Shown here: positions 47,639 through 56,333 of the stretch, in pieces | How positions within the stretch are numbered: position 1 is the stretch's first letter | How the letters are laid out: each line of letters begins with the position of its first letter | Virus record (IMG/VR): IMGVR_UViG_3300032116_000004 | Location: 1 to 64,000 of that record | Length of the DNA: 64,000 nt | Direction: 5' to 3' (one strand) | Notes under the pieces: model-generated | Seen by the model: only the letters and a program-made list of their open reading frames with translations | Databases searched by the model: none | Told to the model about the DNA's origin: nothing | Position numbers and translations under genes: made by a program

Positions 47639-48243
47639 TAGATCAGGATTTGATCGAGAACAACAAGAAACATCTAGCGTCTTGCATCTCCAACAGACTG
47701 TCTACCCCTATAGCAGATTTGTATCAGATAACAGATGTCTTAGATCTTGCGATATTACAAAAACTCAATCAGTATGTTTCATCGGTTTCCAATGACAAAT
47801 GGCAAACAGTGGAAGGTCAAGAAACTCTTCCTAGACAAAAAATCACTTGGGATTTTGATACAGTGATAGAAGAGTTGCATGAAATATTTGATTCTGCGAC
47901 AGATCTGATCAATGAAACGTTTACAGACCCCTATAAACATTTCTGGGGAGTATCGCTCTGGAAAGATGAAGCGGGATATGAAATTGGTTGGCACACTGAT
48001 AATCCTGACATCGATGTTGCCATGCAAATATATCTCTACACTTCATCTGGGGTGGGAACAATCTTTGGATCGGAACACACTCCGATCCTGATACCCAGTG
48101 AGCACAACTCAGGGTATCTAATCCAACATGATAGAACAGACAAAATCTCTCATAGGTCAGAGAGTGTAGTTTCAGCCGGAACTACCCGCTACATCTTATA
48201 CGCTGTGTGGAGTCGCATCTCCAAGCATCTTACCGATACCTAA
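47635..48243 (+). CDS. 2OG-Fe(II) oxygenase superfamily protein
   Basis: LWKD..GY.IGWHTDNPDI, QIYL, GT, NSGY, SH, RY.LY. Confidence 0.75.
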   Translation: MIDQDLIENNKKHLASCISNRLSTPIADLYQITDVLDLAILQKLNQYVSSVSNDKWQTVEGQETLPRQKITWDFDTVIEELHEIFDSATDLINETFTDPYKHFWGVSLWKDEAGYEIGWHTDNPDIDVAMQIYLYTSSGVGTIFGSEHTPILIPSEHNSGYLIQHDRTDKISHRSESVVSAGTTRYILYAVWSRISKHLTDT

Positions 48244-49026
48244 CGATTGTCCTGTTTTATCTTTGGCCACATGTATTATTTTTGTTGGCAAGATATCTAA
48301 AGTCCTACAAATTTCTTGATGTTGACCGCCATAGGAATTCCATAGATAATCTCTTTCAAAATTATCAATCCAATAGCAACCGATAGAAGTGATCACTGTG
48401 TTGGTATCTTTGTAGTAGTCGTTGAATATTGTCACAGAATCCATGGATTTTTGCCTGCTGAATCGTAGTCCTACTCGATTCCATTGTAGGCTCAATTTGC
48501 TGAGACTCACACCAATGCTTTTGATGCAGGGATGATTGAGATCTAGATGGATATCTTTGGCAGTGACAATCCATGCCATATCGATGTGGATATCAATCAT
48601 CCTCTGTTCGCAGATTCTTAGAACATCCTCCCACTCCGGTCTGACATCGCAAAAAGTCCAATGGGGCATGGTGATGATCAATGGCTTGTTGGGCTCAAGG
48701 TCATTGACTTCTACTCCATGTTTGCCCATTAGGGTATAATAAGCATATTCGTTCTTGAGTATCTGAAATCCATTCCATCCATGCTTTTGGACAAAACTTT
48801 CTATATAATGTGTGCATCCCATGGTCACGTCCACATGAGGGAAAGCGTCCCACCCTTGTATATCGTTGATCTTGGTTGATGTGAACCATTCTTTTGCCAT
48901 CGGGAAAAAGTCTTGATAGGTGCTTTGTCTTTGAGCATCGTGATACCATGACTGTCGCAATGATATCATTTTTTGATCTTTCACAGGAAAGAGAGTTTTT
49001 GTTGTTTTAGTTAATTGCCATGTCAT
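48196..49026 (-). CDS. PLP-dependent transferase-like (fold type I) protein
   Basis: G.T..IE, EYAYY, IHIDMAW, SLSK (putative PLP Lys), RVGLR. Confidence 0.55.
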   Translation of the reverse strand: MTWQLTKTTKTLFPVKDQKMISLRQSWYHDAQRQSTYQDFFPMAKEWFTSTKINDIQGWDAFPHVDVTMGCTHYIESFVQKHGWNGFQILKNEYAYYTLMGKHGVEVNDLEPNKPLIITMPHWTFCDVRPEWEDVLRICEQRMIDIHIDMAWIVTAKDIHLDLNHPCIKSIGVSLSKLSLQWNRVGLRFSRQKSMDSVTIFNDYYKDTNTVITSIGCYWIDNFERDYLWNSYGGQHQEICRTLDILPTKIIHVAKDKTGQSLGIGKMLGDATPHSV

Positions 49027-49032
49027 GATGAT

Positions 49033-49503
49033 TTACTCAAATTGTGAGATAATAAATTTATAAAAAGGACTGAAAAATTCAAACTTCCATGTCCCATTGT
49101 GACTTAACCAAGTTTCTCCGATGATTTTTTCTTCCAACGCAACTCCAGCATCTATCTGTTGTTGTTTCCATACTGTGGAATAGATAGGTTCAAACCAACT
49201 GCGGTGCCAGATGAGATTCTGCACATCGATACCATCAATACAAACTTGATTCAAGATAACATATTGATCGAACCGAGATCCATTGTTATCAATCACGCAT
49301 TGATCATCTGTTTTGTTAAATCTCTTTAAAGATACTGTGTGTGGGCGATCAAATTCTAGATCATCCTCAAAGGATAATTTGCATTGCTTTTGATCTAGAG
49401 TTTTTGTGCATTTGATACGATCATCAACGGAAATTTCTATCATGGGAAATTTATCCCAAAATTCTGATCTTATGTCGAATTCAAAACGTATTCGTTCTTT
49501 CAT
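49033..49503 (-). CDS. hypothetical protein
   Basis: 156-aa ORF co-oriented in minus-strand operon. Confidence 0.7.
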   Translation of the reverse strand: MKERIRFEFDIRSEFWDKFPMIEISVDDRIKCTKTLDQKQCKLSFEDDLEFDRPHTVSLKRFNKTDDQCVIDNNGSRFDQYVILNQVCIDGIDVQNLIWHRSWFEPIYSTVWKQQQIDAGVALEEKIIGETWLSHNGTWKFEFFSPFYKFIISQFE

Positions 49504-50556
49504 TTACCACTCCGTTATATAATAGATGCCGCTGTCCCCGCGCTCAGGCCAATAATCCTCCCGGCCCCCTGATCGATGTATATCACTACAAACGCAGTGT
49601 ATTCCGGCATCCCAAAAATATCTAGATTGAAATTCTACCAAATGCGGAGTGATACCTAGAGATTCAAAATATTGAAAAGCCATTTCATCGTAAGCGCCAC
49701 ATATGATATTTTTTTCGTCTACTACCAACATATTGACTTCAAAAACAGTTTCTTGCGGATTGCCTAACCATTGTTCTGCCACGGCCATTATATCTGCGTT
49801 GAAATGCCCGTAGTCTACTCCGGGTAGATACCACTTGTCGGCTATACCAACGTGTTGGAGATTTTTATATGTGGTGTCTGGCAGATGGAACACAGACCAT
49901 CCTGGAAAACTTGAGTCATAGACCTTTCTATAATGAGACGTAAAAATATGCCCTGGCCTAATCGGACAAAAAACTCCGTCGTTATGATCTCCAGTGCCAC
50001 TGAGATGCACTCTATAATCTTTGGCTAATTCCTGTGCTACCAGATACGTGTATTTTTTTGATTCTGGTATATTTGGCTGATAATCTATCAGTATATCTTT
50101 TCCGGCCCGCACCACGCTGGCAAAAATCATCCAGGCCCATGGTTCTGGTGTAGCACGGTCAATGACATGTATTTTTTGTCCTGCTTGGCGATAATCATCT
50201 ACAGCACGTTGATAGGGATTTACTTCGGACGTGTATTGAGGCATGAGATGCAAAGTATCTCCTAGTGTCAGTGCTATGTCGCATGGACTTACCGGTGGTT
50301 TAAGCAAATGATCATGTTCGTCTAAAAAGTCGTCTATACGATCGAATTGAGGCCTGACTACTGTGACACCTAATTTTTCCAATGTGTCTGTTAGATTGTC
50401 AAAATCTTTGTTGGTAATTTCAGTGATTTTTGCAAAAATATCGTGGGATTTGTTGCCAAGATGCTGGTAAAAATCTGCAGGATAAGTGCCACCTACCCAT
50501 ACTTCTTTCAATGGTTGCCATTGGCTGTGACTTGAAACTTTACGTTGACTTATCAT
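49504..50556 (-). CDS. amidinotransferase family protein (glycine/inosamine-phosphate amidinotransferase-like)
   Basis: S...WQPLKEVWVG, GV.VVRP, HNDG, VNMLVVDE, C-terminal WDAGIHC (catalytic Cys); TAAATA 7 nt before ATG. Confidence 0.8.
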   Translation of the reverse strand: MISQRKVSSHSQWQPLKEVWVGGTYPADFYQHLGNKSHDIFAKITEITNKDFDNLTDTLEKLGVTVVRPQFDRIDDFLDEHDHLLKPPVSPCDIALTLGDTLHLMPQYTSEVNPYQRAVDDYRQAGQKIHVIDRATPEPWAWMIFASVVRAGKDILIDYQPNIPESKKYTYLVAQELAKDYRVHLSGTGDHNDGVFCPIRPGHIFTSHYRKVYDSSFPGWSVFHLPDTTYKNLQHVGIADKWYLPGVDYGHFNADIMAVAEQWLGNPQETVFEVNMLVVDEKNIICGAYDEMAFQYFESLGITPHLVEFQSRYFWDAGIHCVCSDIHRSGGREDYWPERGDSGIYYITEW

Positions 50557-50610
50557 ATAAGGATATTTACAGATACGTAAAATCTACTAAATAATTTAAA
50601 GGTTCGGATC

Positions 50611-50856
50611 ATGCACAAAAAGACCCGCAGTATATTAGAAGAACTCGATGCTATGTATATCGAGCGTGATCGCAGGCACGTGATAGAAAATCGTGCTTCA
50701 AACATCATTGCCGGCGCCATCAGGCTCATGGAGCAGATCGATGCCACTTATGATCCAGAGCAGGCAGAAAATCTCCAGCGCAAGCTACTCAACGCCATAC
50801 GCATGCGGGATGCGTCAAAATTCACGAGGACCGTGAGACGCACCGATGAAAGTTAA
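50611..50856 (+). CDS. hypothetical protein
   Basis: TAAATA at 50588; 81-aa helical ORF. Confidence 0.7.
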   Translation: MHKKTRSILEELDAMYIERDRRHVIENRASNIIAGAIRLMEQIDATYDPEQAENLQRKLLNAIRMRDASKFTRTVRRTDES

Positions 50857-51526
50857 ACAGGTCACTAACGAAGGTATTTTCCAAGATTTGGCCACCATTG
50901 GGCGTGCCGAGCAAGATCGCATGGCCCAAAGCCGTTCGGCCATGATGGGCAAGGCCGGAGCCGCGATCAAAGGCGCCATGGGCAAAATACCCGGCGTCAG
51001 TGCCATCCAGCAAACAGCCGCTGCCATCAAACAGGCCGCACAAGATACTACCATCCGGCAACTGGCAGATAAACTGGCCGCCGCATGGGACACAGAAGCC
51101 AAGAAAATAAACGCTGGCAAGACTGCTGGACAGGTCATGGATGCGGATGAATACAAAAAACGAGCGGCTGCCTGGTTAGAGCAAGCCATGCAAGGACAGG
51201 TCGCTGTGGATGAGCGCAACATGGACAAGTATATCACCCAACCAGCCATAGAACAGATGCGTGAATATCTGGCCAAGCATTTTTTGCCCGCCTACAAAGT
51301 CAGCAAAACCGCAGTGGCTCCGGAAATACCTAACGGATACAATGTGATGGTGCGTGGCGGCAGGGCAGGAACTACCGAGATTCCTGACGAAATCTACACC
51401 TGGGCCAATGGTCGTTGGACCAGTGCCAGCGGCCAACAGGTCATCGCCGGCACACCATTGCACAACAGTCTTTCACAGGATGCCGCAGGCAAAATCAAGT
51501 CCACCACAGTTTCGCAGGCCATATGA
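50846..51526 (+). CDS. putative internal head protein
   Basis: MKVKQVTNEG N-terminus; Ala/Gln/Lys-rich. Confidence 0.55.
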   Translation: MKVKQVTNEGIFQDLATIGRAEQDRMAQSRSAMMGKAGAAIKGAMGKIPGVSAIQQTAAAIKQAAQDTTIRQLADKLAAAWDTEAKKINAGKTAGQVMDADEYKKRAAAWLEQAMQGQVAVDERNMDKYITQPAIEQMREYLAKHFLPAYKVSKTAVAPEIPNGYNVMVRGGRAGTTEIPDEIYTWANGRWTSASGQQVIAGTPLHNSLSQDAAGKIKSTTVSQAI

Positions 51527-53400
51527 TGAGATTACTAGAAGGTGGCAACGTATTCAAGGATGATCAAGGACAGGTCATCACGCAACGCATAGCGCAAGCC
51601 GACATCATGCCCACTGTGCAGTGGCTAGAACCCATCACTGGCATTGACTTTACCACAGAAAAAGACTCCATAGATGGACAACCGGCACGCTGGTTGGGTT
51701 CCACCGGTCGCAAGGAATCATCAGGTGATCTGGATCTGCAGATAGATGCCACAAAAATCTCCAAAGAACAATTGATAGATCGACTGCGAGATTGGGCCAA
51801 ACAGCAAGGAGTGGATCCACAACGCTACATCAAGAAGTCCGGAATATCTGTGCATTTCCTCACTGCCATTGGTGGTGACCCACGTCGTGGGTTTGTGCAG
51901 ACCGATTTCATGTTCGCAAATAAACCACGCTGGAATCAGTTCGTGTTGCGTAGCGATCCGGCCAGTGCCTACAAAGGTGCCCTGCGCAACATCATGATCA
52001 ACTCCATGGCCAAATCCATGGGTTTCAAACTCAATCAGAATGATGGTATCGCAAATCGCAACACCAATGACATTGTCACCGACGATCCAGACGCGGTGGC
52101 CAAACTGTTGCTGAATCCCACCGCATCGGCCAAAGACCTCTATTCCGTGGAGAGCATCATGCGTGCTCTCAAAATGGATCCAAACAAAGACAGCAAGATA
52201 GCAGACTTCCGTGCGCACATGGAACGTGAAGGCCAGCCCTTTGATGAAAATTTAGAAGAAGCCGAAGTGCATTTCTTGGCTCGCCTGCGCGACAGGATCG
52301 TGAATCAGGGCATGCAAATCATCGCTGAAGGTGTGCGCATCGAGCATCCCGAAGACATGGTATTTGACATGGGCAGTCGCGGCGCACAACAAGCACTCAC
52401 AGGCATTGTAAATACCGCACAGCAACCAGACACTGCCACTGTGAAATGGGATGGCAAACCCGCTATCATCTTTGGTCGCAAATCCAACGGTGATTTTGTG
52501 CTCACTGACAAGGCCGGTTTCCTGGCCAAGGGCTATGATGGTCTGGCCACTTCGCCTGATATGATCGCCCGCATCATGACTGCCAGAGGCGGCGAGCGTG
52601 GCGAACTCATAGGACTATATCAAAAACTGTTTCCGTTGTTGAGAGCAGCCACACCTCCAGATTTCAGAGGCTATGTTCAAGGAGACTTGCTCTACAGCGC
52701 ACAACCTCAACAAGAGAATGGCAAATGGGTGTTCCAGCCCAACACAGTGAAATATTCAGTGGATGCTGACAGCGATCTTGGTCGCCAGATCGCGGCCAGT
52801 GATGCCGCAGTGGTCGTCCACACACAGTTAGATGCGCCAGGTGCGGCAGCCACTCCCATACGTGCGGCGGCACTGAAGCCGGTTCCGGGCCTGTTGATCT
52901 TGGACCCCAGCCTGCGAGAACCACAGCAAATAAAACTCGACGCCAAGACCGTAAAGAAAACACAGGATCTACTGAAATCCAAAGGTGCGGCCATAGATGC
53001 GCTGTTCAACCCTGCAGAACTGCGTGCCCGCAAGATCACCAACTTACCACAGTTGATGAAACAGTATATCAACACCCGTGTGCGTGCTGGCAGTTATGAT
53101 AACTTGATACAGGGATTTGGTCCCTGGGTGCAGGAACGAGAACCAGCCAAGGCACCGCGCATATTTGAGTGGGCCAATCTCAACAAACAGGGCGTGGCCG
53201 CTGTGTTCCAGACATTCTTGGATCTCAGCGCCTTGAAGAATCAAGTGGTGCGACAGTTAGACAGCCAAGCACATGATGTGCAGGCATCCATCAACGACGA
53301 GCCCGGACACGAAGGTTATGTGGGCCAGGGCATGAAATACGTGGATCGCATGCGTTTCAGCCAAGCCAACTTTGCCCGCAACAATCCTGATCTAGCCTGA
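51523..53400 (+). CDS. fusion protein: Pol-beta-type nucleotidyltransferase-like domain plus KxDG ligase-like domain
   Basis: LGSTG..SSGDLD..VQTDFM in the N-half; EHPED, TVKWDG, QGD, EGYV, KYVDR..FS in the C-half. Confidence 0.6.
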   Translation: MMRLLEGGNVFKDDQGQVITQRIAQADIMPTVQWLEPITGIDFTTEKDSIDGQPARWLGSTGRKESSGDLDLQIDATKISKEQLIDRLRDWAKQQGVDPQRYIKKSGISVHFLTAIGGDPRRGFVQTDFMFANKPRWNQFVLRSDPASAYKGALRNIMINSMAKSMGFKLNQNDGIANRNTNDIVTDDPDAVAKLLLNPTASAKDLYSVESIMRALKMDPNKDSKIADFRAHMEREGQPFDENLEEAEVHFLARLRDRIVNQGMQIIAEGVRIEHPEDMVFDMGSRGAQQALTGIVNTAQQPDTATVKWDGKPAIIFGRKSNGDFVLTDKAGFLAKGYDGLATSPDMIARIMTARGGERGELIGLYQKLFPLLRAATPPDFRGYVQGDLLYSAQPQQENGKWVFQPNTVKYSVDADSDLGRQIAASDAAVVVHTQLDAPGAAATPIRAAALKPVPGLLILDPSLREPQQIKLDAKTVKKTQDLLKSKGAAIDALFNPAELRARKITNLPQLMKQYINTRVRAGSYDNLIQGFGPWVQEREPAKAPRIFEWANLNKQGVAAVFQTFLDLSALKNQVVRQLDSQAHDVQASINDEPGHEGYVGQGMKYVDRMRFSQANFARNNPDLA

Positions 53401-53424
53401 TAGCCCCCGATTTCACCATTTCGG

Positions 53425-53432
53425 TATAAATA
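53425..53432 (+). promoter_or_regulatory. full T4-type late promoter TATAAATA
   Basis: Exact consensus; AGGAG RBS before ATG 53472. Confidence 0.75.
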
Positions 53433-53471
53433 AAAGTAGGCCCGCTAAGGCCACTTATTAGGAGATTTAAA

Positions 53472-53855
53472 ATGGCACAATTTACACGCACCAATGGTGA
53501 TTCGCAACCAGTATTCGCGCTAGACACACAGAATGGTCCAGTCGCACCTTCCACTTCGTTGGCCGGTGTTCCTGTCCAGCCTCAAGGTCCAAAACTTGAC
53601 TTCTTCCGTGCAGTTGCTAACAACAGCATCAACGGCGAAGGCGGTGTAGCAGAATACGTTGCAAACGTGATCCAGGCTATCCAGCAAACATCCACAGTTG
53701 CTATGTATCAAGTTGACGGCGTAGCATTGTCAGTGGCTGTATATCCTACAGGCGCATTCGCAAACGCTGCCGCTTTCTTGTCAGCAGCCAACATCACCTA
53801 CACAGGTTTCCAGTTAGACTCAGCCACAAACGCTGGTTTCAAACTCACAACCTAA
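53472..53855 (+). CDS. small, probably abundant structural protein
   Basis: Monocistronic with perfect late promoter, strong RBS and terminator; Ala/Val/Thr-rich. Confidence 0.7.
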   Translation: MAQFTRTNGDSQPVFALDTQNGPVAPSTSLAGVPVQPQGPKLDFFRAVANNSINGEGGVAEYVANVIQAIQQTSTVAMYQVDGVALSVAVYPTGAFANAAAFLSAANITYTGFQLDSATNAGFKLTT

Positions 53856-53876
53856 TCTGTAGTTTTGGTATAGAAG

Positions 53877-53906
53877 AAACCCTAGTTCTTTAACTAGGGT
53901 TTTTTT
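53877..53906 (+). terminator. rho-independent terminator
   Basis: AAACCCTAGTT-CTTT-AACTAGGGTTT plus T-run. Confidence 0.85.
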
Positions 53907-53923
53907 GTGGCTTAAATACCCGC

Positions 53924-54166
53924 ATGGCAGATCAACGATACGTATATGAAAGTCCTGATGGTGGACACACTATCTATCGCAGGCATCCTGGCAAACTGGA
54001 TAGAGAATTGGTATCCATCGATCAGGAAACCCAGGACAAACTGGCTGCCTTGAAAGAAGACAAACTGTGGGGCGATATACGGCGCAGAGCCCAGCAAGAT
54101 CCTGCCCTACAGCAGATGTTGGATCAACTACGGATCTACTACAGTCTCAAGTATGCAAAAGATTGA
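53924..54166 (+). CDS. hypothetical protein
   Basis: YESPDGG.TIY.R motif; TAAATA 5 nt before ATG. Confidence 0.7.
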   Translation: MADQRYVYESPDGGHTIYRRHPGKLDRELVSIDQETQDKLAALKEDKLWGDIRRRAQQDPALQQMLDQLRIYYSLKYAKD

Positions 54167-54584
54167 ATGCTATACCTTGTTTGATATCACTGCTACTGGG
54201 ATAAATGGGCACGTCAAAGCCGCACAGTTTCCTTATGTGAGTCGCAACGGACTGACCATGGCAGACCCAGCGTCCTTGGCACGAGCACGCAATCAACAAA
54301 GGAATTTTGACACCTTATTGCAGTTGATCGGACTGCGCACCCAAATGTTCAATGTCAGCGATCCCACTGTGCAGGACACAGGGCCCTTTGGCAATCAACG
54401 AACCTGGCACTTTGATTTTGAGATAGAACCGCAGGCGCAATGGTTGGTGGATGGTGATGAATTTTGGGTGCTTAAACAGGACAGTGACAGCACACCCATG
54501 ATCATTGATCTAGAAGAAACATCTGATCTCGAACCCAGGATCATAACATTAGGGGACAGCCCCAACACCATATATCATGCCTAA
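54153..54584 (+). CDS. hypothetical protein
   Basis: TLFDIT.TG, RNQQRNF.TL.Q.I.LR, W.F.FE. Confidence 0.7.
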   Translation: MQKIECYTLFDITATGINGHVKAAQFPYVSRNGLTMADPASLARARNQQRNFDTLLQLIGLRTQMFNVSDPTVQDTGPFGNQRTWHFDFEIEPQAQWLVDGDEFWVLKQDSDSTPMIIDLEETSDLEPRIITLGDSPNTIYHA

Positions 54585-54616
54585 ATCTATAAATAAATCC
54601 ATAACGAAGGAAGATC

Positions 54617-54880
54617 ATGGTCACGACCACGGACATCGAAAAGAAAAGCCTAGAAACTCACGTGGAACTGTGCGCGGAGAGATACAAGTTTCTGGAAGAA
54701 AAACTGGAAAACGTGGAGCAAAAGGTAACACAGACCGAAACCGTGATCAGAGAGATTCACGACATGATGCAAAGAATGGCCGACAAGCGCACGGATCAGA
54801 TCATATCGTGGGGCATAGGAATAATCGGGTTCCTGCTGGCCAGCCTGGGCTGGATGATAACCACATACGTGATCAAATAA
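54617..54880 (+). CDS. coiled-coil protein with C-terminal transmembrane helix (possible lysis/membrane protein)
   Basis: HVELCAERY, coiled coil, then WGIGIIGFLLASLGWMI; TATAAATA at 54588 and AAGGAAG RBS. Confidence 0.65.
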   Translation: MVTTTDIEKKSLETHVELCAERYKFLEEKLENVEQKVTQTETVIREIHDMMQRMADKRTDQIISWGIGIIGFLLASLGWMITTYVIK

Positions 54881-54891
54881 TCATAGACCGC

Positions 54892-55383
54892 GTGGAATCC
54901 ACGCTGGATCGCATAGCAAGACAGGTATTTGCCAATCCCAACTCAATACTGCCAGTCAACGATGGGTATCAAGCATTTGGACGCTATACTATCGTCAAAC
55001 AGGCCCAGTATTTTGAAGTGTATCGTGGAGCCACATTGGCCGCATGCCCCAGTTCTGCACGCCTGGCCCTGGCATGGTGCATAGCCGACAAACTGGGCAA
55101 ATTCACCCTCACACAAGAGATCATGCTGTTTGATCAAGAAATAGAACGCCGCAGAGATGAGATCAGATATTTCCGGCACATGATAGAAACCACCACAGAC
55201 ACTGAGCGTAAATATGTGCTGGAAGACAGATTGCAACACAGCCACACACGCTTGAAGTGGTTGCAAGAACACTTGGACAAATGCGTAAATCTGGCTAAAT
55301 ACTGGCAACAAAAAGGATTCAAAGATGAAACTGCAAGAATTGGACTCAAAAACCAAAACACAACAAACACGCAAAGTGCTTGA
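54892..55383 (+). CDS. hypothetical protein (start uncertain)
   Basis: C-terminal part of the 54577 ORF looks protein-like (ALAWCIADK, coiled coil). Confidence 0.55.
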   Translation: MESTLDRIARQVFANPNSILPVNDGYQAFGRYTIVKQAQYFEVYRGATLAACPSSARLALAWCIADKLGKFTLTQEIMLFDQEIERRRDEIRYFRHMIETTTDTERKYVLEDRLQHSHTRLKWLQEHLDKCVNLAKYWQQKGFKDETARIGLKNQNTTNTQSA

Positions 55384-56332
55384 AAGTTACTTTGGTCAAC
55401 AGTTAGACGTCGGCGCTGTCAGCGTCAAGACGGCCAAAGAGATGTTGAAAAAAATCCGCGGGCTGATCCGTGAGCATCGTGGCACACCACAATTCCATCG
55501 CAGTGAAAAGAATCCTGCTTATCTAAAGATGGTGGTCATGGAACAGGCTCTAGAGTCCAGGATACGAGAATCTCAACCTGGTGCCGCTCCTGGCATGGCC
55601 ATGGCACAACAAGATCCACGACAGGCCGCTGCCGCCGCACAAGCAGACGCCAAATCTATGTCGGGCGGAATACGCAAAGCCGCTGCCGCCACTGGCACGC
55701 AGGCCAATCCTTTGGCTCGCGCAGTATCACAGGCCGCCCTGGGCAAGACCTTGGATCAGACCCAAAAGAAAGCCATGGCAGGTTTTGCCGCTGGCATTGG
55801 TGCTGCCATGAAAGATCCTCAGCAGGCCACACGTCTACAACAGATGTTGAAAACAGCCACGGCATCAGCCATGGAAGGCAAACGAGCACGCCGGCTCAAA
55901 GAAGCCAGCGAGATACAACAGGCTCAAGTGGTATTGGCCGCACAAGACATGGTTGACCAAGTTCAAAAAATGATTGAACAAGTTTCGGCCATGCAGTTCA
56001 AAGATTTGCCAGCACTTGTAGATTCGATCCGTAACGATCTTGGTATGGATCAAGCACAACAGTTTAACAATGATTGCACAGCCGCACTACAAGGTCTCAT
56101 CCAGGGCCTCCAGGGTTCCAAGACCCAGCTGGAAACCGCACAAGGTGTGCTCACAGGTCAAGCCCCAGTGGTTCCCGGACAAGATGCTGGCGCCGCAGGA
56201 GCCGCTACCCTTCCTACCGGAGATGTATCCGGTGCTGACACCGGTGAAACTCCAGACCTCAGCCTAGATGCCAATCTCGATGTAGATGCTGAAGAACTAC
56301 CAGCCCGAGCATTAGGCCGCGAGCGTAGATAA
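55325..56332 (+). CDS. putative prohead core/internal protein
   Basis: MKLQEL N-terminus, IRES/MEG/LKEA sites, Ala/Gln-rich helices; TAAATA at 55296. Confidence 0.6.
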   Translation: MKLQELDSKTKTQQTRKVLESYFGQQLDVGAVSVKTAKEMLKKIRGLIREHRGTPQFHRSEKNPAYLKMVVMEQALESRIRESQPGAAPGMAMAQQDPRQAAAAAQADAKSMSGGIRKAAAATGTQANPLARAVSQAALGKTLDQTQKKAMAGFAAGIGAAMKDPQQATRLQQMLKTATASAMEGKRARRLKEASEIQQAQVVLAAQDMVDQVQKMIEQVSAMQFKDLPALVDSIRNDLGMDQAQQFNNDCTAALQGLIQGLQGSKTQLETAQGVLTGQAPVVPGQDAGAAGAATLPTGDVSGADTGETPDLSLDANLDVDAEELPARALGRERR

Positions 56333-56333
56333 C

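Noticed and set aside
54577-54880. N-terminal part of the 268-aa ORF
   Set aside because: Overlaps the better-supported 54617-54880 gene (promoter, RBS, TM helix) in another frame
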